A stretch of 64,000 bases of DNA from Anthoceros angustus (taxonomy: Eukaryota > Plantae > Anthocerotophyta), in assembly GCA_010909165.1 (NCBI GenBank), contig MU008175.1, forward strand, positions 434,001 to 498,000, in the 5' to 3' direction. The notes under the pieces are model-generated. The model saw nothing but the letters and a program-made list of their open reading frames with translations, was not told where the DNA came from and did not search any database. Each line of letters starts with the position of its first letter. Position 1 is the first letter of the stretch. A program made the translations under genes and the position numbers. Below, in pieces: positions 36,701-46,979 of the stretch.

Positions 36701-37138
36701 ATGCGTGTGTCTGTTGAAATCTAACTTAAGCAGCAGGTGAACGTCTAAAATACGTCTAATCTATAAAGGTATTTTTAGAAAAGATTATACGGGCAACGAA
36801 AGTTTTTTGGTAAGTTTTTTTTGAGCAACGAAAGTGTTTTGTGAACAGACAGCAACCAAAGTTTTATGTGAGGGTTTTTTTGGTTGAAGGTACCGGCTCT
36901 CTAGGAGCGGGAAGGTTTCAGTCCGTGAGGGATTTTTTTGACTGAAAGGTACCAGCTTTGGGAGCTAAAGGTTCCAGACTCAGACTGTGAGGGATTTTTG
37001 GCTGAAGGTACCTACTCTGAGGGCTGAAGGTTTGAGTCTCTAATCTAGGCTCACAATCTTCACATCCTTATCAGGGTTACCTCGAGGGAAATTCTGAGGC
37101 CGTGAGGGCCTCACCTCCCTTCCGTCGTACATAGCCTC
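33715..37138. repeat. about 1.7 kb direct tandem duplication of a degenerate coding-like segment (likely TE-derived)
   Basis: tcgtgccctttcttccatgctgag at 33715 and 35414. Both copies end cttccgtcgtacatagcctc. Differences are mostly small indels. Confidence 0.9.
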
Positions 37139-37427
37139 AGGCCCACAGAAGCTGTAGGCCCTGAGCTCCCTCTTTGCAGCAGGTGGCGTAGGGGCATGTG
37201 TGGGAGAAATTGTGGAAGCTAAGCGCCGCAATGGAGGACCTCCCATGTCCTCCGCGATTATGGCCTCGCGCCTAGCCCTTAGCACCTGCCGCGTTGTGCC
37301 AGGAGGGCGCTCCCGTTTCTTGGTCGGCTCTGAGCTTCCCGCAGCAGCAGTGTTAGCGGGTCCCTTGTGAGCAGCAGAGGAGGCAGTTGTCCTAGCCGCC
37401 TTGCTTGCTGCAAAGCGGCCTAGGCTG

Positions 37428-37778
37428 GAATGGCCTATTGTTGATGGCGCTGAAGTTTTTCCAGCGAATGGTACTCCTGCTGAGCGAGCTGGCTAGGAGA
37501 AAAAAGATGCAAAAGCTTTTATGTTGTTTACTTCTTCTATTGAGGATAAGTGTATTGGTCAGATAATGCAGAAGACTACATCTACTGAAATTTGGCGGGT
37601 ATTGCAATTGACTTATGAGCAATGAGGTTTGGAACATCGTCAAACTCAATTTGCTCGGTTGGCTAATTTAAAGATGAATCCTTCACAAACGGTGAAAGAC
37701 TTTATTAATGAATTTTATCATATTATTATTGATCTTCAAACTACTGGTCGAGCTATAGCTGTTGATATGCAAGTGTAA
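37428..37778 (+). mobile_element. Ty1/Copia gag fragment (UBN2/Retrotran_gag_2-like), stop-interrupted
   Basis: Manual translation: WPIVDGAEVFP...G*EKKDAKAFMLFTSSIEDKCIGQIMQKTTSTEIWRVLQLTYEQ*...LANLKMNPSQTVKDFINEF. Confidence 0.7.
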
Positions 37779-38766
37779 TAGGTTGTAAGCATGGTTCGGT
37801 GCTCACATTAGTTAGAAACAACGAAACATTGTTATTTTGTCCTCACGTAGCGTTAATAATTTTATCTAATTTATTTCTTCTCTAAACTGTCTGATTTTTT
37901 CACCGGGTGTATGTCATGACAAGAGGTTGTGTACATAATAAAGCTATAGCTTGTGTAGCTAGGATGCATGATGGACGATGCCATGGGTGCATGACATGTG
38001 TATGTGCATGTGACCGATGTATGGCATGTGGCATGTGGATGCGCATGGACATAAGGATTTGTCCATAGATATTAATCATAGAATATTAGGTTAATATACA
38101 AAAGGGACAAAGGGATATTCATAGCATAGATATTTAGATATAACAGTGTCTGCGCAATATCGGTGGATTCCATTGAAACGGGCTGCTGGGCAAAAGGCAG
38201 CAGACTTTCCCATCATATCTATAGAAAAGCGTGTCTTAGAAAACCATGTACTTTATTGCGGGTTTTGAACAAATGTAGCGTCCACTATTCGACAGCAGCG
38301 CAGTAGAACGTGGCAAAATACCGTCTTTGAATTCATTCCTTCAAAACTTTGGAAAATGTGCGGCGACCGAAACTGGTGGATGCGTTTGAACTTGTGTCGG
38401 ACACGCCGTTCTTATCATGTGTTCTAATCGAAAAATAACGTCCATCTGGCTAGAGATACGTTTTTGGCTGATTTGGTGTTTTTCACTTCGATTGGCTCTG
38501 ACTTGTCATTTCATTTCGCTTTTTTTTCGCTGTTTCGAAATCCATTCATGCCATTTGCAAAAACAAGGCCAATATACCCTAACATAATTGCATTTTATGT
38601 CATGTACTGTTATTATGTGTGCTCAGGATGTGAACTAGGTTATGTCGTTTGGTTCCATGGCGGAATGCATGAACTATCCACTACTTGAGAAGTGCGCCGG
38701 TCAGCCGGCGCACACCTTGCCCACAGTCCACTACTAGTTGGAGTCCTAGGTCAACTGGAAAACTAA

Positions 38767-39354
38767 CTAATCTGTACCACGTGATTCATTTTCATCGAGG
38801 GTTTCAAGATCTTCGCCGATGCGACGAACGCCTGGCCATCCGAAAGGCCACTTCCTTCCATATGTTGAGCTTCCTCCTGCAGGAAAACGATATGTTTTCC
38901 GTATTATGGTTCTGGTCCTTGCATTTAGTTGCTTCTGTTTTGTTAGAGAAAACCCGTATGCCAAGCTGAATGTGTGTGAAAGAAGCAATTTGTCGACGTA
39001 TTTCCGCAACCTCATGCTCCGACGGTGAGAGCGACCCCCACAATTGGCGCGCGTTGGTGGCTGATCAGGTAAAATCATCTCCTCTAGGTACCTGCCTTCA
39101 AATAAATCAGTGCATTTCGTGACCCACCAATGGACTTTAATGAATAGGGCGTCATATTGGAAGTCCACTTGTAGGACTTTTGTGAGCCAGAACGGTCGAT
39201 TGTCAGCATCTGTCTCACAAGGCACTGCAATCATATGACCTGTTTGTATCTCCAATATATCGCTCGACTCCCAGCTTGAATAGGAAACACGATAAAGTTG
39301 CAAGGGGGTTAATATACAAACCCCCTTAGAAGAGGGGTGAACCCTCTTGTCCAA
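38767..39354 (-). CDS. ORF carrying a BAH/Royal-family-like beta-barrel module homologous to the transposase C-terminus; possibly the last exon of the ParB-MTase gene
   Basis: EIQTGHMIAVPCETDADNRPFWLTKVLQV...VHWW.T..TD.FEGRYLEE...LAYGFSLTK.KQL aligns with KIENGMFIAIPCLTDMHNRPFWIGRVVEV...VHWY.T..TDAYEGRYVEE...LYYGFNLTTRKHL at 55490-55840. Confidence 0.65.
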   Translation of the reverse strand: MDKRVHPSSKGVCILTPLQLYRVSYSSWESSDILEIQTGHMIAVPCETDADNRPFWLTKVLQVDFQYDALFIKVHWWVTKCTDLFEGRYLEEMILPDQPPTRANCGGRSHRRSMRLRKYVDKLLLSHTFSLAYGFSLTKQKQLNARTRTIIRKTYRFPAGGSSTYGRKWPFGWPGVRRIGEDLETLDENESRGTD

Positions 39355-39989
39355 TTGCGCACCGGCCGAATATCCTCTATTTCAGGAGGGACATTACGAA
39401 CATGACCATAGAACGGTATTACGTCATGCGTGTTCCAAAGGTCCGCAGCGAAAGCAGAAGGATTTGAGGGTGCCGGCCGGCCGGCGCCCTATTTGCGATT
39501 TTGTTCACGGCTATGGACAGTGAAACGCACTATGGCATAAAACTGTTGTCCAACCGGAGTAAAAGCATGCAGCATGTGAGCGTAACAGCGCTCGTTAAAT
39601 GTGCTCACTTGAAAATAACAAACTACTCACGAAGAAGAGGAAACTGCCCCGCTACGGCAACCGAATCCAACACTACAGCAACATTACGCAAAGTATTCCT
39701 AGTACCGTCGTCGAACATATCGATTTCCTCCAGAGCAAGAGAATCTCGCGTGACGTCGTTTACCTGGTCGTCGCTCGCCTCAGTCTGTCCCCAAGCAGCA
39801 TCCAAAGTCGTCTGCCCCTCTTCCAAAGTGTCATCGTCGCTCATTCTCTTCCTTCTCGACCGTAAAGACACAATCTGGGCTTTCATGCAGTCTGTGTCAC
39901 TAATGCACACTTCCTTGGCCCAAAACTGAGAGGGTCCTCGTCCATGCGGATCAAATGTAAGCTCTTCCTCTTCATTTGGTAACACTTCA

Positions 39990-40620
39990 AACCCATGAAT
40001 GCTGGGAATATAACCGCATCTCATGTCCGCCTTGGCAACGCAGTCACCACTCAATAATGCAGGATAGTTGTGCCACCCCTAACATGCATCAACCACCCAC
40101 TCTCCTTCTTTGGAAAATGCCTCCACAAACGTCCGCATAAGGCCCAGTGGCCGTTGGTAGGGGCACACCACACGTTTGTCGTGAGATAAGTATACCTGCT
40201 TCTTCACAACCGTGTCGTGACAAATGACGGATCTCCCATTATTGAATCTCCCTCGCTGACTTCCTGGGAGCATGTTGGCCTTGTCTCTTGAACATTCTTC
40301 CTTCACACACCAGCCCACAGTGACATACTCCAATGTTTCACAACCCACACCCTCAGTGTGCATGTTCGTCTTGTCCCAAACGAAAGACACCATCCCACCT
40401 TTTCGACACCACTTCCTCATACATTCTCTGACAGTGTGGGAGTCCTCCACTCCATGCATCACAATAAAGCGGAATTCCTCTGATGTTGTCTTCTCCGCAA
40501 AACTCTCGAACATCGATGACATCATATTCCGTTAATTCTTGTATCCATTGGGCCTATATTGAAGCCCCTCGGCATCCATCACGAAAGGGAGTATCGTGCG
40601 CAGAATAGCCACGAATGTCC
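39990..40620 (-). pseudogene. beta-class DNA amino-methyltransferase (N6_N4_Mtase-like) domain, copy 1, frameshifted
   Basis: FVMD(V)PRGF..(motif IV), FVWDKTN...LEYVTVGW, CPYQRPLGLMRTFVEAFSKEGEWVVDAC.G.GTTIL..LLSG (motifs X and I). The IV-before-I order is the beta class. Confidence 0.75.
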
Positions 40621-40811
40621 AAAGACACCGCGGTCTCAACTGCATCGAACTTGATAGTCGATTGATGGGACGTTGAAAACAAATAGCCCTTCTTCCATAT
40701 CTTTGTCCGCTAAGGCCCTTCGCTCAATTTCCAGCCCTTTCCGCTTGTTGACCTCAAAATGAAGTGCTGGAAATCTTCCGAAGCCGGACAGTTGTCGATG
40801 TCTTTTAATTG

Positions 40812-41058
40812 CTGCACAAAATAACCCAAAACGTAAGATAGAAGGTCTTGACGTGGAGGCGCCGGCGGCGGCGGCGGCACCCTTCATGCACACACAGGTG
40901 GAGGCGCCGCGCCACCCTTCATGCACACACAAGGTGGAGGGCGCCGGTCGGCCGGCGCCCTCCATGCACACACCATGTGCAGGGCGCCGGCCAGCCGGCG
41001 CCCTGCATCCAGGCAGCGTATGGCGTGAAAAAGAAAATAAGGCCAAGGGGAAGATTTA
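40812..41058 (-). other. intron of the ParB-MTase gene containing two GGCGCCGG-N4-CCGGCGCC palindromes
   Basis: Minus-strand donor GGAAAG|GTAAAT at about 41058 and acceptor TTGTGCAG at about 40812. Palindromes at 40936-40963 and 40978-41007. Confidence 0.55.
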
Positions 41059-41599
41059 CCTTTCCGGCAAACTGTGTTTGAAACCGTGCGATCATTGTGT
41101 CCGTTGAATGCTGTGGGTACTCTCTCCGTACTTCCTCAAACGATGTGCAGTCAAGATGCTTCGCCATTGCAACTTGGATGATATGCAGCTTCTTCCGCAA
41201 AGTGATGTCGCCGTCCATGCCTTTGAGGTCTATCAGACCAGCCAATACTTTTTCTGTTGCTGTAAGTAATATTTGTTGTCCACACTCGCCTGCAAGTATA
41301 CCCTGGAAAGCCTTCCATGGCTTTGCTAGCATGTCCTTCGGCTTCACATATGCAGCTGCAACCTTCTGGGAATCTTCCCCGACCTTACGTTTTCCTTTGC
41401 CCTTCTTGCTTGTGCTGCTGTGGTGTTTTTCTGCTGCAACTCCTCACCTCCCACTTAAATATTTTGTCAATATTCTCCCAAATTCTCCTTCTTGCTTTGC
41501 AATACAAAGTATATGAGTCCTTATCCACCTTGTTTTGCTTGTAAACGCTGCCTTCTCTCCTCGTCCATGCGGATCAAATGTAAGCTCTTCCTCTTCATT

Positions 41600-42297
41600 T
41601 GGTAACACTTCAAACCCATGAATGCTGTGGGAATATAACCGCATCTCATGTATAAAGATAACATTGATTTACCACTCAATAATGCGATAGGATAGTTGTG
41701 CCACTCCGGAACATGCATCAACCACCCACTCTCCTTCTTTGGAAAATGCCTCCTGGCGTCGCATAAGGCCCGGTGGCGTTGGTGAGCACACCACCGTTTG
41801 TCGTGAGATAAGTATACATGCTTCTTCTGGCGTGTCGTGACAAATGACGGATCTCCATTATTGAATCTCCTCGGACTTCCGGGAGCATGTTGGCCTTGTC
41901 TCTTGAACATTCTTCCTTCACACACCGCCCTACGGTGGACATACTCCAATGTTTCACCCACCCCCTGGCGTGCATGTTCGTCTTGTCCCAAGCGAAGGAC
42001 ACCATCCCACCTTTTCGGCACCACTTCCTCATACATTCTCGGCGTGTGGGAGTCCTCCACTCCATGCATCACAATAAAGCGGAATTCCTCGGCGTTGTCT
42101 TCTCCATAAAACTCTCGAACAGATGACATCATATTCCCGTTAATTCTTGTATCCATTGGGCCTATATTGAAGCCCCTCGGCACATCCATCACGAAAAGGG
42201 AGTACTGGCGTGCGTAAATAGCCACGCATGTCCAGCACACTGCGGGTCTCAATCTGGTACTGAACTTGATAGTCGATTGATGGGACGTTGAAAACAA
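41600..42297 (-). pseudogene. beta-class DNA amino-methyltransferase domain, copy 2, frameshifted
   Basis: YSLFVMDVPRGFNIGPMDTRI (DVPR at 42186-42175), FAWDKTN, and VDACSG.GTTILS.LLSGK at about 41720-41670. Confidence 0.72.
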
Positions 42298-43129
42298 ATA
42301 GCCCTTCTTCCATATCTTTGTCCGCTAAGGCCCTCTGCTCAATTTCCAGCCCTTTCCAGTTGTTGACCTCGAAAATGATGTGCTGGAAATCTTCTGGAAG
42401 CCGGGACAGGTTGTCGATGTCCTTTAATTGCTGCTAACACCAAAGCGTAAACAGAAGGTCTTGCTCACAACATGTGGGCGCCGGCGGCGCCTCCATCTAA
42501 CTGGGAGGCGGCGGCGGCACCCTTCATGCACACACAGGTGGAGGCGGCGGCGGCGGCGGCGCCTCCATGCCACCATGTGCGGGCGCGGCGCGGCGCCGCA
42601 GGCGGCGTATGGCGTGAAAAAATAAGGCCAAGGGAGGATTTACCTTTCCAAGCGTGTTTGAAACGTGCGATCATAGCGTCCGTTGAATCTTGTGGGTACT
42701 CTCCGACTTCCTCAAGCGATGTGCGATCAAGATGCTTCGCCATTGCAACTTGGATGATATGCGACTTCTTCCAAAGTGATGTCGTCCTCCATGCCTTTGA
42801 GGTCTATCGGACCAATACTTTTACATTCTTGTAAGTAATATTTGTTGTCCACACTCGCTGTATACCTGGAAAGCCTTCCATGGCTTTGCTAGCATGTCCT
42901 TGACTTCACATATCTGGTGCAACCTTCCGGGAATCTTCCCGACCTTAGTTTTCCTTTGCCCTTCTTGCTTGTGTAACTTTGTGTGTCTTTTGTTTCGGCA
43001 ACTCCCGACCTCCACTTATTAAATATTTTGTCAATATTCTCCCAAATTCTCCTTCTTGCTTTGCAATACAAAGTATATGGGTCCTGTTATCCACCTTGTT
43101 TTGCTTGTAGCGTCGTCTTCTCTCCTAAA

Positions 43130-44783
43130 TTAATCGTCAATGAGGCCCAAAACCTTGTACAAATTGAATTTCCATGCCATAGTCATATGCACCCCTTCAC
43201 GCTTGGCAATAAGCAGCTTATCATGGAGATACCTAACCTGCTCGATGAAAGACATTTTTCTTCTCTTGTCCGACATAATATTGTGGTCTGTAGCCAGAAC
43301 CCGCATCTCCTGAAGTGTGAGACCGCAGTACACGTGAGCCTCGACATACTGAAACCGTTTTTTCCCTGGTGCCATGTCAGCCAAATGCTTCATCGCCGCA
43401 AAAGTGTGATTCCCGCCAAGTACTCCCATGACATAAGTTTTTGCCCTGAATCGTTGCCAATCCAGTGCTTCCAAGTTATCGCATTCCGCCGGGTCTATCA
43501 TACACAGTAGAGGCAATACGCCTTCCTCTATTCTCCCTTTCGATATGACCCGGGCCAAGTAATTCGTCCATGCTTCGTCAACCTTCCGATTCTGCATCCG
43601 AGTGATATGCGACGCTGGCCTTAGATTCTCCAGCTTCACCAGCACTGTCTCCGGAACAACTTTCTTCGCATACGCCGATTCCCTTAAATGGGTTAAAGGG
43701 TCTTCATCTCTCACCGCTGCTTCTAACCTCTCCTCATCCGTTGGGACATGAACTGTTGCTATGGGTGCCGCCCTCTCGACTAAGCTCCCAACGGATCTTG
43801 ACTTTTTCTTTTTCTTCTGAGGACCCTGCTCATCACTATGGGCCCTCTTCCGTGAAGTCGCCATCTGCAGGGGTAGTCCTTTCCCTTTTCCCTTGCCATG
43901 AACAGCCTGCTGATCGTATTCCCCAACCGCCATGTCCATTGCATCGGACCTCGCCGGCCGTGCTCCCTCCCTCACTTCCCACTTTCGACATGCTCCTCGT
44001 GAGAGGATCCTTCTCCTGGGGCGCCGGCCGGCCGGTGCCCTTCCTCCCGTCCTACATGACCTCTCCCTGTTTGCTCGACCTGTGGGCCAGAGGTTGAACC
44101 CACCACAACACATTGAAGGATGCCGGCCGGCCGGCGCCCTTCTTCTCCCCCTGGACGGGTTGCGTAAAACCCCCAGCCTGGGCGCCGCCGGCCGGCGCCC
44201 TTCTTCTCCCCTGATCGCGGCAGCAGCCTTCCCGGCCCCACCGCGCGCCGGCCGGCGCCTTCGCCTCCCTCCTTCCTTGCAAACCCTATGAACCACTGAA
44301 GGTCCGGAGTCGGCAACTCCTGGCGAGTCTGGCCAACACAGGCGCCGGCCGGCGCCGTGGTGGCCACGCCTCACCTCTTAAGGCCATTGCTACATCCATG
44401 GAATTCCCAGGCACATCATACTCCAAAAAAAGGTCTGCATCCCCCTCTTCACCCTGTGCATCTGAATCCACTTCGTCATCATCGGAATGCCCTAACATGT
44501 CCGGGATCGTTCGCTCGTCTTCATCCGACGGACCAAGCTCGCTTTCTGCCGATGTCTCGTCATATCCCCCTCCATTTCCTTGCCTGCTATCCAAGAGCTG
44601 CGAAGAGACATAGCCCGCCTATGTGCTAATACGCTTTGTGTGAGCTCAGCGTAGAGACAGGCAATGAAACTTTTGCCCATCTGCTCCGCCTGGAAACCAA
44701 CATGCATGGACAAAATCAGCCACACCAGATGCACATTAGAGTGTATAAGAAACCCAATAACATGAAACCCAAATGCACTCACC
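43130..44783 (-). CDS. ParB/Srx-like N-terminal domain protein (5' part of the ParB-MTase gene), intron at about 44694-44783, 5' end lost at the Gypsy junction
   Basis: VKLENLRP...RKVDEAW...LARVI..G......PLLCMID...GVLGGNHTFAAMKHL...VEAHVYCGLT..EMRVLATDHN resembles the ParB/Srx core (v..GnHR..A). It is on the same strand as, and leads directly into, the MTase segment. Confidence 0.65.
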
Positions 44784-44789
44784 GATGTC

Positions 44790-46946
44790 TCTTGACGTTC
44801 GCCTACAAACGAAGCGCCTTCGGGATGACAGGAGCACCCGGATCATTTATGCGGATGGTGACCAACGTCTTCCGGGATTTTCTGAGGGACTTTATGGAGG
44901 TGTTCTTGGACGACTTTTGTGTGCACGGGGAGGAGGACAAGCACGTTGGACATCTGCGGAAGTGCTTGGAGCGTTGTAAAGAGACTCAACTGTGCCTACA
45001 TCCGGAGAAATGCTACTTCGGTATGGCAGAGGGGATCTTGCTGGGACACCGCGTGTCGGCGAGAGGGATAGAGGTGGATCAAGACAAGGTGAAGGTCATT
45101 CAGTCCCTGCAGCCACCTACGAACTTGAAGGAGTTACGGGGATTCCTGGGCATGGTGGGTTACTACAGGCGCTTCATCCAGATTTGCGGGCAGCCGCGGA
45201 GTTACTCAGGAAGGAGGAGGAGTGGTCCTGGACACAAAGGGAGGCGGCATTCAGAGACCTACAAACCACCCTGATCAGTGCCCCAGGATTGAAAGGTCCG
45301 GACTAGGGAAAGCGATTCCATGTGTATGTGGATGTCGGCCTTTGCCATTGGAGTGGTGCTCGATCAAAAGGGCGACAAGCGGAGGACCATCAATCTACTG
45401 GGGAAGGCGGCTCACGCATGCAGCGGAGGTACACTACTACGGGCGAGGCGGGGATGGTATCTGTGCGTTAAGAAATTCAGCATTACCTTACGCCCAATGA
45501 GTTTGTGTTTTATGTCGATCACTTGGCTCAAGCATTTGGTGAACAAAGGCGGACTGTCGGTGATTTGGATTGTTACTGAGGAGTTCACCTTTGAGGTAGA
45601 GACCGAGCAAGGCGGCAACACCAAAGCGACTTCTTGTCCAGTTAAAAGCGGACATCTGCAAGATCGGAGGGCCTTCGGATGAGGCGGTGGCGTGATAGAG
45701 GAAGAAGCGAGAGGGTGCGGTAGGACAAACCCTAAGCTTGGATGGACCCACAGGCGGAGAAGGGAGGCGGGCGGCCACCTATGCGGAATTGGAGCGGTAC
45801 CTATGGGAAATGGAACTACCGAGCGGATTGAACCGGGTCCAGCGACAGGCCTTTGTGCACTACGCCCATCCTTTTAGGTTGTATACAGTTGCATCTTTAA
45901 GATGGGGCGGACGTGGAGCAGGTACCTCCAGCAGCGGAGGCGGAGGTGGTAATAAAGGGATGCACGAAGGACTGGTGGTGGACATTATCGTGAGTCACCA
46001 CCAAGAAAATCTTGGAGGCTGGTCTTGGTGGCCCACCATGTATGGGGAAACACCAATTTGTGAAGAGATGTGATGCTTGTCGTGGATCGGGGACTCCCAC
46101 AACAATGGCCGTTGGTGCCCATACTGGCACTAGCGCCTTTTGAGAAGTGGGGCATCGACTTCGTCGGACCTATACAGCCCACGACGAGGCACACACAAAA
46201 GCGGTACATCTTGGTGGCAACGGACTACTGCACCAGGTGGGTGGAAGCGGTCGCAACTAGGACGGACTCTGCAAGCACGGTGGCCAAATTCCTCTACGAA
46301 AACATCATCACAAGGTACGGGTGTCCGTTGCAGCTGGTAAGCGATAGGGGAACTCATTTCCTCAATGATGTGATAGCTGCAATGACGGACTATTTTGGCA
46401 TCACACATCGCGGCCCCTACAACGAAGGCCAGCGGATTGACGGAGAAGACCAGCGGACTTATCGCATCCTGAATAAGCTTACGGTCAATTATGCGCCGGG
46501 GATACAAAGCTACCATCGCCGCTATGGGCCTTGGGGCGGAGAAGGTAACTACAGAGAACTCCGTATTACCTAGCCTATGGGCACTCACCCGTTATGCGGT
46601 AGAGTTTGAGGTGCCAACACTCTCATGATGGAGGCGGCAACGGATGAGGAAAGCCAACGGAGCGCTTGCTAGGGTTTGTTCGATCGGAGGGTCGGGAAGA
46701 GCAGAATGCAGTACAGAATCAGGCAAGTTGTGGCATGAAGGCTCGGACTCAAGAGTATGTGAAGGAGGAGATTTGGCCCTTCTTTATCGAGCCATATGCA
46801 CTTTCCGGGTAAACTCCACTTACGATGGATGGGACCTTACCAAGTGGTACAGTGTCGCCAATGGGTCCGTTCAGCTTCGGCAGTTGGATGGTGAACTGCT
46901 GCCCACTCGGGTGAACGGGTGGCGGGTGAAAAAGTATCATGCCTAG
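44790..46946 (+). mobile_element. Ty3/Gypsy pol (RT, RNase H, integrase), 5'-truncated, frameshifted; non-chromovirus type
   Basis: FG...APGSFMR...VF.DFL..FMEVFLDDFCVHG (RT); PFEKWGIDFVGP...YILVATDYCTRWVEA...IITRYGCPLQLVSDRGTHF (integrase); C-terminal VNGWRVKKYHA* with no chromodomain. Confidence 0.92.
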
Positions 46947-46962
46947 TGTTGGCGGAGACGCC

Positions 46963-46979
46963 AGATGAGAAGGGGAGTA
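46963..46979 (+). other. polypurine tract preceding the 3' LTR
   Basis: agatgagaaggggagta, immediately followed by TGTGG, about 35 bp after the integrase stop. Confidence 0.7.

Larger units (their letters stand above)
39939..43110. repeat. about 1.6 kb direct tandem duplication spanning the MTase domain
   Basis: tcgtccatgcggatcaaatgtaagctc at 39939 and 41561. caatattctcccaaattctcc...ccaccttgttttgcttgta ends both copies (about 41545 and 43108). Confidence 0.9.

Noticed and set aside
37780-38500. Terminal inverted repeat of the ParB-MTase transposon
   Set aside because: I found no matching inverted sequence near 55.9-56.6 kb by eye, so element ends remain undefined.
38692-38738. Helitron 3' end (hairpin followed by CTAG|T)
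   Set aside because: The hairpin lies 20 nt from CTAG, further than usual. It belongs to the dispersed palindrome family, and I saw no 5' TC end or Rep/helicase.
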